A program made the position numbers and the translations under genes. The notes beneath the pieces are model-generated. The model did no database searches, was not told the origin of the DNA, and saw only the letters and a list, made by a program, of their open reading frames with translations. A stretch of 64,000 bases of DNA from Dendrobates tinctorius. Lineage: Eukaryota. Location: NCBI RefSeq assembly GCF_039654945.1, contig NW_027361804.1, positions 2,232,001 to 2,296,000 on the forward strand, given 5' to 3'. Shown here piece by piece: positions 51,189 to 62,983 of the stretch; position 1 is the stretch's first letter, and every line of letters starts with the position of its first letter.

Positions 51189-52538
51189 CAAGTTCTTCTC
51201 ACAAAATTAGAATATCATCAAAAAGTGAATTTATTTCTGTTCTTCAACACAAAAAGTGACTTTCCTCTATTCTATAGAGTCATTACACACAGAGTGATCT
51301 ATTGCACGTGTTTATTTCTGGTAATGTTGATGATTATGGCTTACAGCCAATGAAAACCCAGAAGTCATTATCTCAGGAAATTAGAATAATTAAAAAACAC
51401 CTGCAAAGGCTCCTAAGAGTTTATAAAGGTCCCTTCGTCTGTTTCAGTAGCTCCACAATCATGGGGAAGACTGCTGACCTGACATGTCCGAAGGCAGTCA
51501 CTGACACACTCCATAAGGAGGGGAAGCCACAAAAGGTCATTGGTAAAGAAGCCGGCTGTTCACAGAGCGCTGTATCCAAGAATACTAATGGAAAGTGGAG
51601 TGGAAGGAAAAAGTGTGGGAGAAAAAGGTGCACTAGCAACCGGGATAACCGCAGCCTTGTGTCAAGTGTCACATTCCTTGTGTCAGCCACTCATGACCAA
51701 TAGACAACACCAGAAGCGTCTTACCTGGGCCAAGGAGATAAAGAACTGGACTGTTGTCAGGGGTCCCAGAGTCTGGAGGAAGAGTGGAGAGGCCACAATC
51801 CAAGCTGCTGGAGGTCTAGTGTGAAGTCTCCACCATCAGTGATGGTTTGGGGAGCCATGTCATCTGCTGGTGTAGGTCCACTGTGTTTTATCAAGACCAA
51901 AGTCAGCGCAGCCGTCTACCAGGAGGACATTTTAGAGCTCTTCATGTTTCCCTCTACCGACAAGCTTTATGGAGCTGGAAATGTCATTCTCCAGCAGGAC
52001 TTGGCCCCTGTCCACACTGCCAAAAGTACCAATACCTGGTGTACACACAACAGTATCACTGGGCTTGATTGGCAGCAAACTCTCCTGACCTTAACCCCAT
52101 AGAGAATCTATGGAGCATTGTCAAGAAGATGAGAGACACCAGACCCAACAATGCAGACAAGCTGAAGGCTGCTATCAAAGCAACCTGGGCTTCCATAACC
52201 CCTCAGCAGTGCCACAGGCTGATCGCCTCCATGCCACGCTGCATTGATGCAGGAATTGATGCAGAAGGAGCCCGACCAAGTATTGAGGGCATTTACTGAT
52301 CATACATTTCATTAGGACAACATTTCAGATTTTACAATCATTTTTCAAGCTGGTGTTATAAAGTTTTCTAATTTACTGAGATAATGACTTTTGGGTTTTC
52401 ATTGGCTGTAAGCCATAATCATCAACATTACCAGAAATAAACACGTGGAATAGATCACTCTGTGTGTAATGACTCTATAGAATACAGAAGGGTCACTTTA
52501 TGTACTGAAGAACTGAAATAAATTCACGTTTTGATAAT
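51189..52538 (+). mobile_element. Tc1-like transposon with long (~200-bp) inverted repeats and a degenerate transposase
   Basis: The IR at ~51200-51390 is mirrored at ~52364-52538. ATG 51461 (MGKTADLT). Fragments VMVWGAMSSAGVGPLCF, QQDLAPVH, NSPDLNPIENLW. Confidence 0.92.
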
Positions 52539-52767
52539 TACACCATAGCAAACACCACAGAGCTGCAGCATTTACAGAAAAAGGAAGGCATTGTGTGTCT
52601 TCTAGTACCTGAGTCTAAAACGTGGAATAATATGGGGTTAAATTGTCATACACATAAGTCATCAGTAAGCAGTCGCTGAGTCATAGAAATTAGCATGACC
52701 GTGGATGCAGGTGTGGCTTTCTTATGAATCTGAACTTCCCGCTCATGCAGTTTAGCCCTGGGTCTTA

Positions 52768-53146
52768 GGCTGTGTGCACACGCTGCGGATTTTGCTGCGG
52801 TTCCGCAGCGGTTTTGGCCGCTGCGGACCCGCAGCAGTTTCTGCTGCGGTGTACAGTACAATGATTCCCTATGGGAATCAAAAACCGCAGTGCAGACGGT
52901 GCGGAATTTTCCGCACGGATTATCTGCGGTTTTCAATCCGCAGAAAGAATTGACATGTCAATTCTTTCTGCGGATTCTCCTGCGGTTTGCCATCTCCTCC
53001 ATTGAGGAGATGAAAAACCGCAGGGCAAAACCGCAGAGCAATCCGCAGGTAAAACCGCAGGTCTTTTGACCTGCGGTTTCACCTGCGGATTGTACAAAAT
53101 CCGCGCGGATGAATCCGCACCTTTTCCGCAGCGTGTGCACACAGCC
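52768..53146. mobile_element. Harbinger-type MITE, family A, copy 2
   Basis: TIR GGCTGTGTGCACACGCTGCGG; perfect TSD TTA; perfect central palindrome at ~52935-52976. Confidence 0.93.
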
Positions 53147-54264
53147 TTATAAGACGGATTGAGAGCGGGGTCTCAGTCTATACAGAGTTGTGTCAGACAG
53201 CGGCAAAACTCCAGGCAGGTAAGATTAATCAATAGCTGCGGTTCATTTCTCCTCCCAACCTCCCCATAATCACGCAGCTTCTGCTACTTTTAGTGGGGAG
53301 AGGGAAATAAGCTTTCACTTTTGTGGATAAAGGGGTCAGGCGTCCCCACTGCGCTCTGTTCACTTTACTGCAATGAGTTGGGCTTGATGTCACTTTTGAT
53401 GGCAAGAACAGCCGGCAGGCATTATTCTTACCGTAAAAACGTCTAGAATCCCAAACTGGGTCCACGGGGCGTATTCATGACCGTACGATGGATCTGGGAC
53501 AGCACTGTGGTTTCTGGTGACTAAACCGGCCATGACACCAGCATGAAAAGTGCGTATACATTAGATTGCTGCCAGGAAGGGAGCACGGTTACCTACAGTG
53601 AATGATCACTGTAAGGAAGGTGAGATATTGCAAAACATATGTAAGAGTTACAGCTGATACAGAGCTCAAAATCCTTGCGATACTGCTATCAGAGTGATCA
53701 AATAGTAAAGTGTCAGATTTAGAAACATAATGTATGCTACCTGCAGCCACGTCCTCTGAGTCTCACTGCACTCTACCTGTAGCCACCACTAGGGGAAGTT
53801 CACTGCATTGTCTGCAGCCACCACTAGGGGGAGCGTACTGCGTTCTATCTCCAACCCCCACTAGAGGGAGCTCACGTCACAAACCTTTATTTCTCATTTT
53901 AATGCGAGCTATAAATTGTGCACTGCTTCTGCAGTGTTCTCACTGTGGTCTTGCACTTTACCCCTTAACGTAATCAATTTTGCTGGTGCTATGTCCTCAT
54001 TTAACTAAAAACGAAGTTATAGTGAACCTGTCCTCAATATTTACTCCTAGAAGGCATTTGGACAGTATCTAATACCCTCTGTGATGATTCTTGTATTAGC
54101 CCTAAATGCTAAATGTAATGTAAATGTATTAGGAGCCTGATAAAGCATTCCTACTACCTTCTAGGAATAAATCCTGATAACAGGTTCCCTTTAAAATATT
54201 TACAACTTAATTGACAAGCCAAATTTTGATTCTTATTTATTCCTGGCATTTTTACCATTACTAA

Positions 54265-54620
54265 GGGAATGTGCACATGCTGCGGAATGGGGTGCGGATT
54301 TGGCCACGCGGATTTTGTAAAATCCGCAGGTAAATCTGCAGGTCAAAAGACCTGCGGTTTTGCCCTGCAGTTTTTCATCTCCACAATGGAGGAGATGGCA
54401 AACCGCAGCAGAATCCGCAGAAAGAATTGAAATGTCAATTCTTTCTGCGGTTTAGAAACCGCAGGAAAACCACGCGGAAAAATCCGCACTGTATGCACTG
54501 CGGTTTTTAATATCCATAGGATATTATGGTACTGTACACCGCAGCAAAAACTGCTGTGGATCCACAGCGGCCAAATCCGCTGTGGAACCGCAGCAGAATC
54601 CGCAGCGTGTGCACACACCC
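54265..54620. mobile_element. Harbinger-type MITE, family A, copy 3 (inverted orientation)
   Basis: Ends GGGAATGTGCACATGCTGCGG ... CCGCAGCGTGTGCACACACCC; internal sequence is the reverse complement of copies 1, 2 and 4. Confidence 0.92.
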
Positions 54621-55277
54621 TTATACCTCCCATTTCTTTGTTCCTTACTGTAAAGTCTATTCTGCTTTATGTTATAGTAAATGTGAACCACTCACCCTGT
54701 TAACATTAGAGGATTTACCAGCCTCCCATTTTATGTGCAAATAACCGCAGTTGGAGGCAGGGGATAGACTTTCTGTAGAACAGATCATAACAATCTTTTA
54801 CTCCTTGTTACCAGCCGTTTTGGCTAGGCGGACTGACTGTGACTATGAGTAGGGTAAGTGACAGATGTGGAAAAACCTGCCTTCCTCTTCACTATATCAA
54901 ATATCTCAGTGGTGAGATCATCTGGAAATATTTGAATATTTGGTGTACGTTCACATGTTGTTGCGGAATTTTTTTCACTGCGTACAATAGATTGTAAAGA
55001 CAAATCTGTTGAATTGTATAATTTAAGATATAAACCATAACTAAATGCTTAATCACACAGCTGATTGATCAGCTTGAGATCTTGGAATTTGCAGACAAGT
55101 CATCTTGATTTGTCATGTTCCTCAGACTTTTCCTGACCAACCATTATCCCCTGCTTAAAGGTGCTGCTATTAGTGTCACCTCCACATGAAGGCAGCAGAA
55201 CGTCACCCCATCATACTGTCTCCCCCATCTTCCCCTTTTCCCATACTGCATCCTGGTTTCATCTCTTTCCAAAGTGA

Positions 55278-55632
55278 GGGTGTGTGCACACGCTGCGGAT
55301 TCTGCTGCGGCTCCGCAGCAGATTTGGCCGCTGCGGGTCCGCAGCAGTTTTTGCTGCGGTGTACAGTACCATTATTCCCTATGGGAATAAAAAACCGCAG
55401 TGCAGACGGTGCGGATTTTTCCGCGCGGTTTTTCTGCGGTTTTGAAACCGCAGAAAGAATTGACATGTCAATTCTTTCTGCGGATTCTGCTGCGGTTTGC
55501 CATCTCCTCCATTGTGGAGATGAAAAACCGCAGGCTAATCCGCAGGTAAAACCGCAGGTCTATTTACCTGCGGATTTTACAAAAACCGCGCGGCCAAATA
55601 CGCACTGCAATCCGCAGCGTGTGCACGTACCC
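55278..55632. mobile_element. Harbinger-type MITE, family A, copy 4
   Basis: Ends GGGTGTGTGCACACGCTGCGG ... CCGCAGCGTGTGCACGTACCC; perfect TSD TGA. Confidence 0.93.
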
Positions 55633-55949
55633 TGAGTGATGTGCACTCCCCTGACTGTCCACATGATGGAAACCGGGAGTCATTATAAGCCACCTTCTTT
55701 CATTGCTCCATGGTCATAATGTGCATGTAGGTAGTGTATAGATCTCAGCATGGGCACACTGACAGGTCTGCTGCAGCCTTACCTCATACAAAACAGACTG
55801 CAATGCTCTGCGTTTTCTGACAAGTTTTGAATATTTGGAAAGTTTCTGCTCCAAAAAAAAAAATCAGTGTGAACACACGCTAACAAAAGGGCTCATACTC
55901 ACTTGCAAGAGACTTGCACAATTCTTGTGCGAGTCTCTCGCATGAAAAC

Positions 55950-56270
55950 CTCCATAATATTCCCCCCACACTACCCCTCTCCATAATATTCTCACACACA
56001 CTACCCCTCTCCATAATATTCTCACACACACTGCTCCTCTCCATAATATTCCCCCAACCCCTCGCCATAATATTCTCACACACACTGCTCTTCTCCATAA
56101 TATTCCATAATGCCTCTCCCACACTGCCCTTATCCATATTATCCCCATATTGTCCCTCTCCATAAAATTTCCCCACACTGCCCCTCTCCATATAATCCCC
56201 CCACACTGTCCCTCTCAATTATGTCCCCCCATACACTGCCCCTCTCCACAATATCTCCCGCCACACAGCC
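55950..56270. repeat. Degenerate ~30-bp tandem repeat
   Basis: CTCCATAATATTC(T/C)C(A/C)CACAC..CCCCT recurs about 10 times. Confidence 0.8.
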
Positions 56271-57618
56271 TCTCTGAAGGGTGTCCTCAGGTTGTGCCCC
56301 TCTACTGTATGATGTTTATAACAGTCGTTGATGTAACGTCACGCCTGGACATCTGCACTGTTGTTTTTTGCATTATGATATTCGCTCTCTATATTACAAC
56401 ATTTGACACAATATATTCTCATACTGGGGCAGTCAGTTCAGTTGATGGACGCTCTCCGGTTGAGCGCTGCTTTCGGACTTTGTTATTCGTAACATTGAAA
56501 CTTTCGTTTGTGTCAGATTCTTTTTACATTTTTAGTTGATGTCATTTTCTTGTTCTTTTTCAGTCTTCATCACAAATAAAATTTACAGTTTCCTCATGGC
56601 CGAGCACATCAGCAACCACCCGGTGAGACTTTGTTAGATATGATTTATCTATAAATTATAATATACAGTCATGATCAAGACAATGATTCTGTTTCTTTTA
56701 ATGCATGAATAGGACCCAAGTGCCCACCTAGATAAGGAAAACCAGTCAAATTCAGTGGAGCTAAACCAAACAAATCGGACATCAATACTAACTCCTCTGC
56801 AGGTAAAAGTTCTCCACTTTAAAGGGAGATTCCACCTTCACTGATTTAGACCAGGGTTCCACATTGGCAGATCACCTGAAATGTGTTTTTTTTATGCTGT
56901 GATCTCATGCGGGAAGCACAACTTTCTGCATCATGCTATATCACAATGCAATTTTAATGGTTGCATTCAATACTGCGCAAATTGAAATGGATCTTGTCAT
57001 CTGATTCATGCTGTCCAAACTGAGGGAGGCAAGAATCAGTGCTCTCAGCTGACGGCACAAAGGATATTTTCTCCAACCTCAGTTCTGAATGCGCAGCCAT
57101 CCGAGCAAAAGATTTCTTCTCCGGTTACTCACTTCTCCATCAGGCAGCGCTGGCATCGGTAAGTGTGTGTACGATGCAGCTCCTGTCAGTTGAGACACAG
57201 GCTGTGTTTCTCTAGACTACAGCCCATCCTGACACATGAGTACGACAAGCTGCCATTTGAATTGTGACAGGGGCCATTTTATTAGATTGTTGGAGAATCC
57301 CTTTAACATCTCCAACCTACTGCGGTTGTTCCAGGGTATAGGGTAGATAAGACCTTATCGAAGACACGGGTATTGTCATTACTAAGGAAATATATCCACT
57401 GATGACATGAGAGGTTTTCAGGGAGAATTTCGGGTGATATTTTACGCCTCCAGACTAGTTGTAAAGCGGTAGGGGAAAAAATCCAGCTCCCCACCTACGA
57501 TTCCACACTTCTGGAGCACGATAGCACCTGGTCAGGGTGCAACATCCAATGTAGAAAGCTTTTTCCGGTGGTGAATTGGCTTTGAACTGTGATTCCCATC
57601 GGAGCGTGATCTGACTAA

Positions 57619-58190
57619 GGGTCCCGTTACACTAAACGATGCACCAGCGATCCCGACAACGATACGACCTGGTCAGGATCGTTGGTACCTCACTACATGA
57701 TCGCTGGTGAGCTGTCAAACAGGCAGCTCTCACCAGCGTTCAGGACCAGCGAGGACGCGGGTATCCAAGGTAAATATCGGGTAACTAAGCGTACGTGTCG
57801 CTTAGTTACCCGCTGTGTACCTTGGATACCTGCGTGCTCGCGCTGGGAGATGGTATCCAGGTAAACAGCGGGTAACTAAGCACGCGCTTCACTTAGTGAC
57901 CCGCTGTGTACCTTGGATACCAGCTCCCAGCACGCAGGTATCCAAGGTACACAGTGGGTAACTAAGTGACGTGTGCGCTTAGTTACCCGATATTTACCTT
58001 GGATACCAGCTCCCAGTGTCTGCTTACAGCGCTAGGAGCTCGCTGATGGTTGGTCTCCCGCTGCCACACGCAGCGATGCGTGCTGGCCAGCGGGAGACCA
58101 ACGATCAAAAAATGACCCGGGACACTCCTGCACGATAAGCGATACCCGGCGGGGGGGGGGGGGGAGTCGGTCGCTGTGTGTGACGGGGCC
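57619..58190. mobile_element. Harbinger-type MITE containing three tandem internal hairpins
   Basis: Ends GGGTCCCGTTACAC ... GTGTGACGGGGCC with TAA/TTA flanks. Internal GGTATCCAAGGTA..GGGTAACTAAG..CTTAGTTACCC..TACCTTGGATACC occurs three times. Confidence 0.8.
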
Positions 58191-58498
58191 TTAAGTCCAG
58201 CATCCAGTAATGGAAGGGCTGACATGGGGGATCAGTAATTTTGAAATCAAGAAATAGTCTATACGACTATGTTTTATGTGGATGGAAGAAGTAAGTATAA
58301 TCTCTGTGGAAGACTAATATGTAGAAGATGTGACCATTGAAGGCCACTGACTTTTGTTACAGTGTCCTACCGAAATGATAGCTACAGATTTAACCTGATT
58401 AATAATAGTACTTTCTTAAGCAATGTATGTTGCTTTATGTTAGGGACATGTCCTGGGACTATGGTGTACAATATATTCCAGTATGTCACTAAGCTTAA

Positions 58499-60965
58499 AG
58501 GGAAGGTGCCATGTTTTTTCATAATTTAATGTAAAAAAGAAAATAGTATAAAAAGCTATTGTCCCCTAAGCTTGACTCAGTGGTGTGTATGGATTTTTTT
58601 TTTTTTCTGTAGTGATGCAGCCACTGGGGGCTGCCATCTTACCTTTCTGGCTGCTGAACGACACTTTCCATGCTCATTTGCGGCAGTCCCTGGGCATAAG
58701 ACATAACAGTCGGCTCCCGACCCCTATCTGTATCATTGCAGCAGCATCAGCTGTGAACTGGGCATGCCTCTGTGGGCAGCTCAATTCACTGCTGTAGGTG
58801 TGGCCAGGCGCCATTTTATTAGAGCCCAGTGCTTTCCAGTTACACACTGATGCAAGCCCTGGATGCTGTACTGTTCCAGCATAACAGCTTGGATGTTCAC
58901 TCTGCACATACAACCTGCAGGACAGAATACAGGATGAGTTCCCGGGGACCGAGCTGCTCTTTCCAAAACACCCGACCAGCTGCAGCCCCTGCACTTGCAA
59001 AACAGAGGAGGAGCTGCTCCCTGCTCTTTCAAAACACTTGGCAATCTGCTGGACATCTAATCCTCTCCTGTGATACTGACTGCTGAGCTGTGTATCTAAT
59101 TCTCTCCTGTGTGATACTGTCTGCTGAGCGTGTATCTAATCCTATCCTGTGTGATACTGACTGCTGAGCCGTGTATCTAATCCTCTCCTGTGATACTGAC
59201 TGCTGAGCTGTGTATCTAATTCTCTCCTGTGTGATACTGTCTGCTGAGCGTGTATCTAATCCTCTCCTGTGTGATAGTGACTGCTGAGCTGTGTATCTAA
59301 TCCTCTCCTGTGTGATACTGACTGCTGAGCGTGTATCTAATCCTATCCTGTGTGATACTGTCTGCTGAGCTGTGTATCTAATCCTCTCCAGTGTGATACT
59401 GTGTGCTGAGCAGTGTATCTAATCCTCTCCTGTGTGATACTGACTGCTGAGCCGTGTATCTAATCCTATCCTGTGTGATACTGTCTGCTGAGCTGTGTAT
59501 CTAATCCTCTCCTGTGTGATACTGTGTGCTGAGCGTGTATCTAATCCTCTCCTGTGTGATACTGTTTGCTGATCCGTGTATCTAATCCTCTCCTGTGATA
59601 CTGTCTTCTGAGCTGTGTATCTAATCCTATCCTGTGTGATACTGTCTGCTGAGCTGTGTATCTAATCCTATCCCGTGTGATACTGACAGCTGAGCCGTGT
59701 ATCTAATCCTCTCCTGTGTGATACTGACTGCTGAGCCGTGTATCTAATCCTATCCCGTGTGATACTGCTCTCCTGAAATACTCTGCTGCTGTCACTCTGC
59801 TGGTTTTATGTGTGATCTACATGGTGGTATTGTGTATGATCTATATGGCGGCATTATGTGTGAAGTATATGGCGCTATTATGTGAGAATACTATGGCAGT
59901 ATTATCTGCTAAAAGGGGACCCATTCTAGGGTGGTTCTGGCTGAGCACCTGCACACGGGTCAGGGGTAATAGGTGCAGTCAGGGGAGGGCTGGTGAGGCA
60001 GCTGAAGAGGGGCCTCATTTTTAATGTTACTGAATGGCTACATTTCCCCCCATCCTGCTTCCCAGTGTCACCCCGGACTGCGCCTGTCGCCTCGCTTTCA
60101 CACATCGCCAGGACAGGATCTGAGGAGGGGAATGGGGTCTTTGCATGCAAAGTCTGGATCAGAACAGGCCATCAATCAGCAGAAACGTTTCCTGGATTTC
60201 TGTGGTGCTGTCACCCTGCTCTTCCCCCATATATCTCCCTCTGTGGTCTGTGCCCCCCATAGACCAGCACACTGCTCTCCTGAAATACTCTGTGCTGCCT
60301 GCCATCCTCGGTGACCGAAGACCCCATTCCTCTCCTCAGATCCTGTCCTGGCGATGTGTGAAAGCGAGGTGACAGGGGCCTGATATATGGTAGGAAGGAG
60401 CAGGGTGACAGCAGCACAGAGTATTTCAGGAGAGCAGTGTGCTGGTCTATGGGGGGCACCCTGTTCGGTGCCAGGGATTGTACATAGAGCGCTGTGTTTT
60501 ATACACATGGATGGACCGTCTACTTGTCTGCTCCACAGAAATCCAGGAAACATTTCTGCTGATTGATGACCTGTTCTGATCCAGACTTTGCATGCAAAGA
60601 CAGTCAGTAACTTTGCAGGCCCCATCAAAATGGCTGCTCACTGTGTTCCTAGATGTCATCCTCTCTTTTCCCTTAGCAAACACCCAGAAGGGGAGGAGAG
60701 GAGTGACACCACACCCATGTCAGCAGATTCCGCCCATAATTACTGCAGGGCAGTAATGTGAGCTAGTTGTACAATAGTTTTTTGTGTCAAATTTCAGTAG
60801 CTGCTCCCCTAGTGTTAACAAGTGGAAATGCCAAACTTTTTAAAATTATTTTTCATATTTTGCAAAATTAAAAACAAATGATAATCTTTTTTAAGAAAAT
60901 GTAAACATTAACTCTTTACATTTTTTCAATTGCTGAAAAAAAAGTTTTTGGATGGCACCTTCCCT
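58499..60965. mobile_element. 2.5-kb non-autonomous TTAA-specific element (Kolobok/T2-like)
   Basis: TTAA|AGGGAAGGTGCCAT ... ATGGCACCTTCCCT|TTAA: a perfect 14-bp TIR with TTAA duplicated at 58495-58498 and 60966-60969. Confidence 0.88.
59055..59768. repeat. Minisatellite, ~41-bp unit, ~17 copies, inside the TTAA element
   Basis: GTGTATCTAATCCT(C/A)TCCTGTGTGATACTG(T/A)CTGCTGAGC(T/C) repeated. Confidence 0.98.
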
Positions 60966-61304
60966 TTAATAGAAAAAAATGACAACCAATGACATCTATG
61001 ATTTTCCCCATTAATACAAAAGCAATAGTATCTTTTACATCCACAGATATTCCTCATGGTTTATAGATACATGAAATGAGAATATAAACAGATACAGTGG
61101 GTACAGAAAGTCTTCAGACCCCTTTAAAATTTTCACTCTTTGTTTCCTTGCAGCCATTTGGTAAATTCAGAAAAGTTCATTTTTTTTTCTCATTAATGTA
61201 CACTCTGCACCCCATCTTGACTGAAAAAAACAGAAATATAGAATTTTTTGCAAATTTATTAAAAAAGAAAAACTGAAATATCACATGGTCATAAGTATTC
61301 AAAA

Positions 61305-61871
61305 TGTAATGCTGCCACATCGCAGTATTGCGCAACCTTCAACAGGGGGTGCTGGTGAGGGAGAAAAAGTTGCACTCACAGCGTAGCAGCACAGTGCGGC
61401 AGCGCAGGCACCACTAGGTGGCGATAGAATGGTCAGACGAGCCGGGTCAGTAACAGACAGGAAAACGCAGTACCAGGGGAAACCGCAATACACGTGGTCA
61501 GATGCAAGCCAGAAAAGTCGGAGCCATTCGAGAACAGAGAAGCCAGAGACAAGAGACAGTAAAACAGGTCAGAGGACAAGCTGAATCAGATACCAAGAGG
61601 TCACAGCACGGGGAGCAGCAAACACTAAGATGTGCGGGGTAGCAGGAGTGGGAAGGCACATGGTCTGATTGAACGGGCAGAGGACAAATCAAGATGTAAC
61701 GGGGTCAGCCTCTCCAGCCTGGGGCAGGTACCATAACTGACACTGCCTGCAGGGAGCAGCGGACTGAAATAGCTAAACGGATCACAAAAAGAGGCAGAGA
61801 AAGCTAACCCCAGCATGACCAGACCAGAGAGAGAGAATAACAAGAAACAAACCCCGGCCTGGATCATGACA
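61305..61871. mobile_element. Probable solo LTR inserted in the Tc1 inner direct repeat
   Basis: TGTAATG ... CATGACA termini; splits ATAAGTATT/CAGACCCTTTGCTCAG; degenerate 5-bp TSD (CAAAA versus CAGAC). Confidence 0.7.
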
Positions 61872-62140
61872 CAGACCCTTTGCTCAGTATTGAGTAGAAG
61901 CACCTTTTGAGCTAGTACAGCCATGAGTCTTCTTGGGAATGATGCCACAAGTTTTTCACCCCTGGATTTGGGGATCCTCTGCCATTCTTCCTTGCAAATC
62001 CTCTCCAGTTCCATCAGGTTGGATGGTGAACGTTGGTGGACAGCCATTTTTAGGTCTCTCCAGAGATACTCCATTGGGTTTAGGTCAGGGCTCTGGCTGG
62101 GCCAGTCAGGAATGGTCACAGAGTTGTTCTGAAGCCACTC

Positions 62141-62983
62141 TGTTATGAGCTCATTTTCTGCTCCACCAGTTGAGAGTTCTCCTTCCGTTCTCTCTCTGGT
62201 GGTGACAGGAGGTAGTGAGGTTGGTTTAAGTGGTAGTGATCTGCCACCTGATGAGGAGGATAACGATTGGATCTCTGGAGTATCAGACTGGATATAAGAC
62301 AGCCTATCTTGGTGCTGGTGATTCAGCCTGCTTCTCAGGTCCTGGACTTCAGCTCTCTTCCAGTCTTCTCAAGTTAAGTTTGTTTTTTGCTAATGTTCAC
62401 ACTTGCGCTTGTTGGTCAGTTCAGTTTCTTGTGTGGTCAGCTTGCCCCTGCTGGGGCTATGCTGAACTTCCACTCCTATTTATCTGTATTTGCCAATTTG
62501 CCTTTTTGTCCCTTTTTAGATTGGCCTCTTTTTGCTCTGTTTCAGAATATTTCAGAGTGCTGATATAGTGGGAGAAGTCTAGTGACTTCAGGGTTAATTT
62601 TGCTATCAGACGTGTTGGACATTATTTTGGTAGGGTTTTTTTGGCAGATTGCAGACAGTGGCTTTCCTTTCTAGTTAGTCGGGCCCCATTGTTTGCTCAG
62701 CCTATTTTCCTGCCTGTGTTTGTGTTTTCATCTTGTTTCACCGTCAATACATGTGTGGGGGCTGTCTATTCCTTTGGGGTCTGCTCTGGGTTAGTTTTCC
62801 CTTTTCTTGCTTTAGGTTTATGTAGTCCTCCGGCGGTGACGAGGCGTCTAGGAACATCGTAGGAACGCGCTACTGTTAGTTGTGTGGTTAAGATCAGGGA
62901 TCTGCAATCTGCATAGTTACCAACCTCTCTGTTTTCTGGGACTTAGCTTTTTGTTGTTCCTCCTCGGTGACCCATTCATAACA
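62141..62983. mobile_element. Solo LTR (843 bp) inserted in the Tc1 transposase
   Basis: TGTTATGA ... TCATAACA terminal inverted repeat; perfect 6-bp TSD CCACTC (62135-62140 and 62984-62989); the transposase sequence resumes on either side. Confidence 0.9.

Noticed and set aside
48115-55635. Assorted 100-200-aa ORFs upstream of KRAS
   Set aside because: They coincide with GC-rich palindromic MITEs, show no recognisable domains and have no splice-consistent exon chain.
56823-57302. Further TTAA-flanked T2/Kolobok-like MITEs (also 54021-54190)
   Set aside because: The TIR matches are short and imperfect; plausible, but too weak to list as features.
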